Position numbers and translations under genes: made by a program
In this document: positions 53,798 to 64,000 of the stretch, piece by piece
Layout of the letters: every line of letters begins with the position of its first letter
Position numbering within the stretch: the first letter of the stretch is position 1
Notes under the pieces: model-generated
The model's database searches: none
What the model saw: the letters and a program-made list of their open reading frames with translations, nothing else
Told to the model about the DNA's origin: nothing
Assembly: GCA_964057225.1 (NCBI GenBank)
Contig: OZ059896.1
Span: 11,222,001 to 11,286,000, forward strand
Length of the DNA stretch: 64,000 nucleotides
Reading direction: 5' to 3'
Source: Auanema rhodensis
Lineage: Eukaryota; Animalia; Nematoda

Positions 53798-56154
53798 TCA
53801 TTTTCTTTTTTTGGAATTCCACTTTTCAGCTTTATTTTTAAGGCTATCAACCAGGGACGGTTCTTTTTTAGTTTCAACTTTGTTGAATTTCTTGGCTTGT
53901 GCTTGAAGTTCAATGAGTTTTGATCCCTGAATATTTTTAAGTTAAGCAAAATATAAATAAAATAAAAACCTTAGCATGTTTTTCAGTTTGTTCGATAGCG
54001 AAAGCACTGTCGGTCAAAAGAGCCTTGAATCTGTCATCTGCTAAAACAGCAGAAGCAGTGCCATAATTGGCTTCCTTAAGTTCAGCTCTCGTTTTTTCTT
54101 TCTAAATTGAAGGTCATTTTTAAAAACAAGAAATGAAAAGTAACAAACCTTCTTCTTTCTTGGCTCATCAGTACATTCTCGCTCTTCTTTGGCCAGTTCA
54201 CGAGCCTCTCTCATTTGTTGCTTTCTTTCTTTTCTTTTTTCTTTTCGTTTTGCTAGGTATGTTTCATAACCTTTTTTTTTGGGCTGAATTTGAAAAGTTT
54301 TAAAGAAACTTCGGCGTATTTACCTTTTCAGATTCTTTCGCTTGTTTAATATCAGGAACAATTTCCTCATCACTGCTTTCTTGATCATTTCTTTTTGCCA
54401 AAGCTTTTTCAATATCACTCGAATCACTTTCTTCATCTTCTTCTCCGCTATCGTTATCACTATTTGTATTCCATGATATCTGAACACAATTAGGTATGAC
54501 TTGATTTGACAATAATTTTTACTTTTAATCTATCTTGCTTCGGCTTTTCGTCGATCATTGATAGAAGGGCATTTCTTCTTGACATGATGGTTTCTTCATC
54601 TTCAGAATCGGATGCAATCAACCCAGATATATTAGCACCATCATTTCTAACATATGCGTATATACTAATAATTAAGGATAAAAAAGACAAACTTGAAGGC
54701 TTCCCGAAGATTTATGGTTCGTAATTCATTATCCTCATCCCATTGAAGCTTTGCTCCTGTGTAAGTCATCGCTGACGCAATCGAAAAAAACATCTTATAT
54801 AGAGTAATTTATACAAAACTCACTTTATCTTTGGATTTGTATTTTTGTGTATTCACATCACTTTCAAACATCTGCTCTTTCAAACGGTCCTCCTAGAAAG
54901 GTTTAAATAGTGTAAGAAAAATTGAAAAGACAATACATCAAAATCCATATCATCAGGAACAAAACGCAAATCCATTTTAAGTCCACTGTCTTCAAACAAG
55001 AAACCATCACAATTTTCGTATATACTTGTAGCTGTAGCTTCTTCATCACATTCAATAATGGCATAATAATACTTCAGTTTATCAATATGATACTTCCTAA
55101 CTGCAATTTTAGTTTCTCTAAAAATATTAATAAGATGCAGACAAATATATTACTAAAGCTTACTCATCCATTTCAGCATTTTCATCGTAGTCTTCAATAG
55201 GTTTTGATAGGTGCAAACGGGGACCCAATTTATCCTCTTCTTCTAATCTTTCTTTTCCGAAGTCTGACAAATATATCGAAATTTTCTCCACTTTTCCACC
55301 CGTTGGCCTATAAATACAGTGCATCAACAAACAGTAAAATATGAAATGAAATAACATACACAAAAGAATTAACTAAAATGAATAAGTCTTCGGCTTTAAC
55401 GAGATCCCAATTCAAATTACAAGCTGCCAGACGTCGACTAGCCCATTCTACTTGTTCAGCATTACTGGAAATGGTTCCATGAAATAATAATGTTCAGCCA
55501 GTTGTACCTGTCAAGATGGGCAATATCAAGCTGGTTTTCTATATCAGCAGGAAGCTCCCAATCAGATTCTTCAGATTCACTATCATCATCTGAAGAGGAT
55601 ATGTTTCCTTCTCCACGAGCTAAGTCAACCTATAATAATATTGAAAAACAATGCTTACAGTAATAAGGTACCTTTATCGCATAATTATCTCCATCACCAT
55701 CATCGTCGTCTTCTTCTTCTTCGCTCTCTGATCCATCCGAAATTTTTGGTTCTGGTATGACTTGCTCTTCTAACTTTCCTTTCTTTTGTTTTTTCCTAGG
55801 TTTTCTTTCTTCTAAAAATTTATAATTTTTTCAACATTAAGTATTCCAAATTACGTTTGCTTTCTTCATCTTTTTCTTGATTTTGTTCTACAGTATACAA
55901 TTCATTTAAATTGTTCTTTTTTTTTCGAAGAGGCTTTCCTCTCCTGTCAATGCTAGTAGCATCGGCAAATTTTTCGTCTGTTAGCAAAGAAGAAAATCGT
56001 TTTTCTATCACAACCTGTAAATTTTCTATTCTCATAGATAATGCAAACTCATTACCTTCTTTTCGCTTGTTTTAATACCATCAAACTTCGGATCAGATCT
56101 GATGTGAGCAAATCTCTCATCAGAAAGAGCTTTCTTTTTAGAATTTTTTTTCAT
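53798..56154 (-). CDS. ESF1: ESF1 pre-rRNA processing factor
   Basis: DERFAHIRSDPKF, IDRRGKP, DLARGEGNISSSDDDSE, RRLAACNLNWDLVKAEDL, IYLSDFGKERLEEE, DDRFKAL. Confidence 0.92.
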
Positions 56155-56332
56155 ATCGCTGTAAAATTAATATGAATTTTTTCTATTGCTTATGGGAGGT
56201 AAATGGATATCAAACCATATTTGCTCTGATACAAAGACTACATTTAACTTTATTAAATTAGAAAAAAAAACAAAAAGCTATATCCCAACAATAACAAAGG
56301 AAATAGACATATAATTTCATAAAAAAAAGCTC

Positions 56333-59300
56333 CTATTTCACATGAACACCACGAAGAGTTGGAGCGGTCATTTTAGAGGTACCACCAACGAGAAGTGGCT
56401 GGCCCTTCCAAGTCGCGATTCCATCTTCAGATACTTTCAAATCTTCAGCCACTGTTTCCCAGATCTAGAAGCAAATGATCTTTAAGACAAAAAAACCTTT
56501 TCAATACTTTTTTCTTAGGATTCAGAACAGCATCAGGCCTGTGCTCGTAAGGTGGGCAAGTAACTGGAGTTCCAGGAACAGCGGATGAATCTACCTCCAT
56601 CACTTCAACCTAGAAGAATCATTATACATATTATACACATAAAACATTTAGTAACCTTTTCAGGAGAAGAAGCGCACATGACCATGGCACGTGATTCAAC
56701 TCCTCTCATTTTTGCAGGTTTCAAATTACATAATACAACAACAAGTCGATTTTGCATCTAAAACTGAAATATATTTCAAGGAATACTGAAATATGTACCT
56801 GCTCAAGAGGAACCCATCTCACTAAGCCAGAAACAACAGTCCTAGGTTCGGGCTCTCCAACATCGATCTTTTCCAAGTACAGAGCATCAGCATCTGGGTG
56901 CTTAACACACTCAATTATTCTACCCACACGAAGATCGAGTCGTCCAACATCAATTGTGTCATCGGCAGCTGCTGAACGATTACAGAAAATTGAAAAAATA
57001 ATACACAGCAAAAAAACCTTCTCCAGCTTTCTTATTAGATTCTTGCTTTCCTTTCTTCTCATTCTTTTTAGCACTTTTATCTTCCTTCTTTGCCGATACT
57101 TCAGGAGCTTTAACTGTCGTAGCTACAGCAGGTGCAGCCTTCTGCTCTTTCTTGATATCAGGAGCAGAAACTTGTTTAACTTAGAAATAAAAGTAATAAT
57201 TTGATTTTTGCTGTAACCAACTTCCTGCGGCCTTTTCAGCTTGAACTAATTTGTTTTGAAGTTCTTGAACCTCCTTTTCTAGTTGAGCGTTGGCCTTTTC
57301 TAATTCCTGTAGCTTATCTTTAGTGAAAAGATTGCCTGACCATGTTACCGGTTAAAAAAAAACAAAAAGTGAAAAACTCACGTGCTTGTTCAAACTTTTT
57401 AGCATTTCCTTCGAGGAGTTGTTTTATGACAAGCTGGTTCTTATGAAGAACAGGGAACGTTTTGGCGAGTGCAGACATCTCTTGTTTTTTTTGCTTTTTG
57501 CCAGAAGTTGCACCTTCCTTAGGCTTAGAGTTGCTTTTACCTGAAAAAAAAATTTTTAAAGAAAAAAATGGGATCAAAATATCATGGAAAGAGTAAGGGG
57601 ACAAGACTAGGAAAAAACATAAAGGATATAAAAAGACTGCAAGAAAAGAGGGGATAGGCATCGACCCAGGCCTGCAAGTGAGTGAACAAATGACGCGATT
57701 CCAAATTATTTCACACTTGCCTTTATTTTCCTTTTTCTCAGGTTTTGGAGCGTCGGGAGTAGAACCACCAAACTGTTTTTTGAATTCATCGATTTTAGCT
57801 TTCTCGATTTTTTCAAACAATGGACTTGGCTATAAAGAAGAACTTATTTAATAATATATAAAACAAAATAATTACTTTTCCGATTTTGTGTCCCTCCTTA
57901 AGATGACAAATAGGATACGGAACATAAACAGGAAGTTCCTCAGCGCCGCACTGTTTTCGGATCTCCTGCGATACTTGGGGCATAATAGGATGAAGCACCA
58001 AAGAAATAAGGTAGGCTACATTAGCTGCAACTCCAATTATAGTTCCAGCCCGTTTCCTGGCAAAAATAATCATTGTAAAAATATTAAGATACTGATTACT
58101 TTTGCTCTTCATCTCCTTTCATAAGAACCCATGGTTGTTGAGCTTGCATGTACTGGTTTCCACGACGAGACATTCCCAGAATACATTTTACAGCATCTTT
58201 TAGCTTCACACCATCAAGTAGTGAATCCCATTCTTTTAAATCCTCTTGAATTCCACTCAGTAATTCAATGTCAGCAGGTTGTAAATTCATTGTAGGAACT
58301 ACTCCATTGAAGAAATTGACAAGGAAAGTTAGGGCACGATTGATGAAATTTCCAAGATTTGACAACAACTCCGAATTGACCTGTTTATGTAAAACTTTAT
58401 TGCATAAAAATAAATAAGTTACTTTCAATCCGAAATCATCCCATGAGAAACTGGTATCTTGTGATTCAGGTCTCATATACAGCAAATAAAATCGCCAAAC
58501 ATCAGGAGCTATTCCTGTACTTTTAGCAGTATCACCGAATACTCCAGTGCCTCGTGATTTGCTAAATAAAAAGAAATGATGTTGATACTTTATCAATCGG
58601 ACAACCTGAATTTGGTGTCTTCGTAATTCAAATATTCAGTGGCACAAAGATGATTAACAATTGTATAATTATCTTCAGCTCCTAGTTGTGTACAAGGGAA
58701 CATAACTCCATGGAAAGCAACATTATCCTAGAGCAATATTAAAATAGAAACAGAATAATGAAGTAATAAACGTACCTTTCCAACGAAGTTATAAAGCTCA
58801 ACTTGCTTGGGATTTTTCCACCACTTTACCCAATTGTCTCCTACAAGGGTTTTGGTGATAGAAAGGTATCCAATCGGAGCATCGTACCAAACATAGAACA
58901 CCTAAAAAGAACGACAATAATATAAGAATTAACAGTTTTATTATGCCTTGTCATCAAACTCAGCTAAAGGAACTTTGGTTCCCCACTTTAAATCTCGAGT
59001 AATACAGCGTTTTTCAAGTCCACCCTTTAATGATTAAAATATTTGTTGAACTTTTGCAAGAAGACTTACCTTAATCCATCCCTTAACAATTGAAATGGCA
59101 TTAGCAGACCAACGATTATCATTTTTAGTGATCTGTTCTTCAACATAATTTTTAACTTGATCCTTAACAAAAAATATCAGATAGAAACAAAAATAGTCAT
59201 ACTTGTAATTTATCTAAATGTAAAAAAATATGAGTTGATTTCTTAACAGATGGTTCTTGTTTACAAACATAGCATTTAGGCTGCTTTAAATCAATCTATA

Positions 59301-60099
59301 ATTCACATATGTAATGCATAGTACGATTATTTAACTTACAGCATTTATAAGCTTTCCACAAGCATCACATTGATCACCACGTGCATCATCATATGCACAG
59401 AAAGGACATATTCCATTAACAAAACGATCAGCTAAAAATCTGAAACATACTTGTGAGCTCGATCGTTGTCTCTCATATGTTCATACTTGTCACAGTTTCC
59501 ACAGTGCAACTGATCTATTGCAGACGTTGAAGTAAACCCATTTTGATGCAACTTTAAAAATATTTCTTGAGCTATTCTGGAAAATTCAGTTAGGCTTGGC
59601 ATCTCATTAATACTACAAACTCAGTTTGATTATCTGTAGTAGTTCTGCCAAATTTATCAAAATCAATGTTAAACCATTCATAAATCTGTTTGTGCAAAAC
59701 GTGATATTTATCGCAGATTTCTCTTGGAGTTAATCCCTCTTGTAAAGCCTGGAATGAATATAAAATTTTTCACAATTACAATAGAACAAACTTTAGTTTC
59801 AGTAGCTGTACCATATTCGTCAGTTCCACAAACGTACAAAGTTTGATGGCCACGCATACGGCAGTACCTTGCGAAGACATCGGCACTCAGTACACACCCA
59901 ATAATGTTACCCAAATGAGGAACATTGTTAACATATGGTAAAGCTGATGTAATCAAAATGTTCCTTTTCCCGGTTTCAGGAGCCAATCTAGAGTTATGAA
60001 CATAGAATATATATTTTTTCTGAGCTACTTCTCTGAAGGAACACGTTGAGCAAAAGTTGGTTGACTATTCCAACCAGCTAACAGATCGCTTGAAGCCAT
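56333..60099 (-). CDS. mars-1: Cytosolic methionyl-tRNA synthetase with C-terminal AIMP1/p43-like coiled coil and EMAP-II/tRNA-binding OB domain
   Basis: [45 protein letters not shown], then RLDLRVGRI...[16 protein letters not shown]...[16 protein letters not shown]. Confidence 0.97.
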
Positions 60100-61016
60100 C
60101 AGTTCCTATAAAATAAGTAATAAGAAAATTTTATATGATATCTACGCATTGTGTAAGTTGTATAAATCAATACAAAATATAGAATAATTGAGTATATGAT
60201 TGATGGTTGCCCATCTGAAAATTAGTGATCAAACATAATTGTGCACGGTGTTTTTTTTATCAATTATCGCAAGCACGATTATTATCTTGTATTTTTTGAA
60301 GAGAAATACAAAATTTAGGTACATTGTAAAGCTAGAATAAAAAAATCTGAAACAACGAACTATCCACTTTGCGATAAAACAAAAGTTGAAAATACGTAAA
60401 CTACGCAAACGGTAAGCTGAGCTATGTAAAAAAATAACCTCAATTTCAAAAATTAAGTATATAACATTAATAGTTGGAAGTCATCAGAATAAAAAATAAA
60501 TCAATTTATTATTTAATTTTATATAATAATATATTTTAATATTCATATGGTCACTTATTAAAATCTAAATGTTTTCATATTTTACGAACAACGTTTATTA
60601 AATTTATCAATGGTATACGTGCTTATTAGGATATATTAAATATTTAACGTATTAATTATTTTATTATTTCTTTAATGTATTTTAAGATACCTTCGAAAAT
60701 AAGGGGTTGAATGCACCCAATTAATTATTTTTGGTTTATATAATAATTTCTTAGCTGTTAACACTCTTGTGAATTGATTATTAATAACGTATATATTGAA
60801 ATACATAGATTTATTTTTATAAGCTATTGGTTACGTGTTCGAATATTTGAAAGTGGAAGCTGAACTGTTCAGAAATTACTGTATAAATTCAATACGTAGA
60901 TGCTTTACGTATCCGAATTTAAACCTCAAAGTGCTGTCGAATAGATATCATCCGCTGTCTAAGTATCTTTTCCTTATATAATATTTGGTCTCTAGAAAAA
61001 TTTTCGGTTTTCAGAC

Positions 61017-63419
61017 ATGAAACGGTTAGTCGCTTGGATTCGCACCGGTATAGAACGTTTGGAGGACATGGAACTGTCCACCAAGTTTCGGTTTCTTCGC
61101 CGGCATCCTAAGAGACGTGTAGCTTCAGTTTTCTTGGTGTTTTTGTTCATTCTATATTTATTTTTCTGTGGAGAAAAAAAAGAGCAATCTTCAATTGCAC
61201 AGCAATGTTTAAACGATCGTCTACAGTTTTGGTCGCAACAATTTGATGTAATTTATTCATTACTTTAAAGTTTACCAACAGTGTTGTAGGATTTGGATCT
61301 TGGAATTGATCGCTCTTCTGTAAATTTCATTGGAAACGGGCATATAGGGGTTGACATTAATGGTGAATTAAGGTTGAAATCTAGAAATTAAAATAACGTG
61401 AGAATGGTTGTTTTAGATTTGCTTCAAGTAGTTCGAGGGTTTTAGATCACATTACGGGTTTCCAGCCTTTTATTCAAACTTCTATGGAAAATGTAGGGGA
61501 TACAGCAGAAAGCCTTGTTACAGATTTCAAAAATGGTATTGTAAGAAAAATCATGTGCTTCGCAGTGGTAAATTAATATCTGAATACTCATTTCTACTTA
61601 TTTTTTAAGAATAGCGAGTGTGCTTGCGTTTTACGATCATATTTTGCTCATAGAAGTCGCCCTAATGTATTAATAGAAGATGTACAAATTATTAACCCTA
61701 CGGTATAGGAACTTTGATTCGCTTTTATTTTATTTTCAAATTCAGAAAGCTTCTTTTACTATACAAGTAAGCAGACCATCACCACACCCCGAATGGATGC
61801 ATAATAAAACGTTGACTCATCAGTTATTTCTGATACTTTATATAAAAGTTATAGAGGTGAAGCTACTGTATGGTTTCGTGAATTCAAAACTGGATCTGAT
61901 ATGCCCAAAACAACTGCTATAGTTTGCTCTAATGCTCCCGGCTCCGTAAGCGTACTCCAAAAAAGGTTCGTAATTCGATTTTTATATAAAATATGATTTA
62001 ATATTTAGGGAAGAAAACTTCCGTTTCATCTGTTTAGTAAACCAAACTTCGAATTTATCTCAAAATGTGGTAGAGGATACTCGTCAGGATATGCTCAAAA
62101 GCATTGTTGACCAGTTTAGTGCTGTAAACTCAGAAAGTAGTTCTACCATAGATAGTGAACATATGTCGGCATGGAATAAGGTTTTTTTGTGAAAAAAATG
62201 TTTTAGCTAGTAACAAATTTTGTTTAAGATCAATTCACCCAGTTTTTTTATATCTCATTCTAAAGCACCAACTGTATTAAATGGAGACCGTATTAATGCT
62301 ACTCGTTATATTTTGTTAAGTAACACAAAATCATCTTCTGAAGTTGGCATTCATATCGAATATTACTTGATTTTATCGAATCTTTCAGAGTTCAGCTGAG
62401 CTCTCTCGTAATAATGAGAGATGTTATACAGGGCATTCTACTTTATTATATCCGTCTAGGCTTTGGCAAGTAAGCATATAGGTCATAATAATTGTGATAA
62501 TACTCATTTTCATAGAACTGGGAAAAACCCGAGGATTTAGTTAATATGGCTGATGTATGGTTGTTAACTCTTGAAAAGCGAGGATGTACTAATTTTGTCA
62601 AAGCAGGAGCAGTAGGTGTTGCCGAAGTTTATAATATTTTTCTTCCATAGACATTTCATAATATTTAGGCTTTTGTGTTGTCTCTATTGGCTTGTTCTTT
62701 TCATGATGGCCATCTGGAGATGGAAATGGCAGCTAGCGACCTACACAGGTTTCCTTTTCCAAGTATTACAGGAACATAACATAATTTACAGAGAAATGGG
62801 AGTTTATGATGTACCTGTGGGAAATACAGGATCAACCGTTTCCATTAAAGTTGTAATTCCCTCTGATAACAAGCCGTATCTGGATGTATCAGCTGCTGGT
62901 AGCTTATACGCTTGTGATGCTGGATGTTTGGATCAGCCTATCACATTGGCAAAGGCTCATGCTAGAATACCAGTCAAAGTTTTCGTTCTTGTGTTTTCTT
63001 TTTCTAATTAACATTTCAGGTAACCAAACCGCAAACAAGTATATTGTATGTCGCTACACAAAGAAAACATTTGGAACAATTGAGGTTTGGTCTTAGATAG
63101 ATGTGTAATCAGATTTTTTTAACATTTTGAGATCTGCTATACATGTATCCGAAGTAGAATCAGCACCGGCTCATGAGGAAGTTGTTCTTGCCATGCATAG
63201 ACATGGAACACCTTGGGGAGGCTTACCAACCTCATTTTGGGTGTTTTTAGGAATTATTTTGATAGCTTTCCACGTTTTCTTGGCTAAACTGTTATGGTTA
63301 AGAATTTTCTTATTTACGCCTTATTTCTTATTATTTATAGGTCGGAATGGAGAAAGGGTGATATGACTCCATATAATCCATACTTCAGAAGTCGGTCCGG
63401 TTATTCTAGATCTCATTAA
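61017..63419 (+). CDS. KIAA2013-like (DUF2152-type) membrane protein
   Basis: N-terminal TM, FIGNGHIG, AHRSRPNVL, APTVLNGDRINATRYILLS, CDAGCLD, AIHVSEVESAPAHEEVVLAMHRHG...GLPTSFWVFLGIILIAFHVFLAKL. Confidence 0.85.
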
Positions 63420-63780
63420 AAAAATCAGACAATTGAAAAGGGAGGGTTCTCATCACTTCATCAGTTTTAATGGTTTAGTGTACATACATAAATTTATATT
63501 TTAAATGTCAGATATTTTTATCAACTGCTTAAACACGTGTAATGGATGTGATCCAGTTTCGCTAATTTATTAATAATTTTAGACGAATATAACTCTGAGA
63601 AATGGCCAAAATGTTATACTTGAATATGTATTTAATAAAAATAATAATATAAATAAAAATAAATCATGATATATTTATGTGTAATAACTGGTTATATATC
63701 ATGGTGTCATTATGCTCATCACCCTTCGAATTTAGCGACCCCAAGGAATAGTAACAGAGGTTGAGATAGTAATTGGACTT

Positions 63781-63966
63781 TTAAACGTTTAATAATTGCT
63801 CTGAGCTTTCTCGTCCTGTTTCTCTCTGTTTGGATAAATCCCTTCTTCTGAAAAAAATTCTCATTAGATATCAATATACTATGTATTATTAACCTATATG
63901 AAATATAAGTTATTGCGATAAAGCCGATTACAAAAATAATAGAAGCAACAAGGTAAAAATTATAAT
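63781..63966 (-). CDS. 3' end of a single-pass membrane protein gene (continues beyond the window)
   Basis: TM exon YNFYLVASIIFVIGFIAITYISY splices (AG|GTTAAT ... TTTCAG|) to RRRDLSKQRETGRESSEQLLNV*. Confidence 0.55.
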
Positions 63967-64000
63967 CTAAAAAAAAAGTCAATTTTAGGTTATATTCAAT

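Overview
AT-rich nematode (clade V, rhabditid-like) genomic DNA with many ~40-50 nt GT-AG introns and TTTCAG-type acceptors, so the ORF track shows only exon fragments; I built the gene models by hand. Genes in order: ins-1-type insulin (+), PAR-type bZIP factor (+), rho-1 (+), then nine head-to-tail minus-strand genes, read 5'->3' as tin-9.2, exos-4.1, a FASTK/RAP protein, a double-RING protein, brk-1, nuo-3, coq-3, gdi-1 and urocanate hydratase. These are followed by an intronless SAC3/GANP gene (+), pwp1 (+), a rearranged block (partial pwp1 duplicate plus a 2.15-kb non-autonomous Maverick/Polinton with 6-bp TSD, polymerase and protease relics and a captured intron-containing gene fragment), cho-1 (+), a secreted C6-domain protein (-), an orphan Tyr-motif protein (+), a second minus-strand run (mars-1, ESF1, smc-1/him-1, DUF1757-like), a KIAA2013-like gene (+) and the 3' end of a membrane-protein gene (-). 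The most striking pattern is a repeated junction design. Two gene pairs (brk-1/nuo-3 and tin-9.2/exos-4.1) have no intercistronic DNA: the upstream stop overlaps the downstream ATG (TAATG; ATGATG), just after a 3' splice site that could serve either cis- or trans-splicing. A similar site, behind a weak GC donor, lies at the MetRS/AIMP1(p43) fusion boundary. Comparisons with C. elegans are from memory and need database confirmation.
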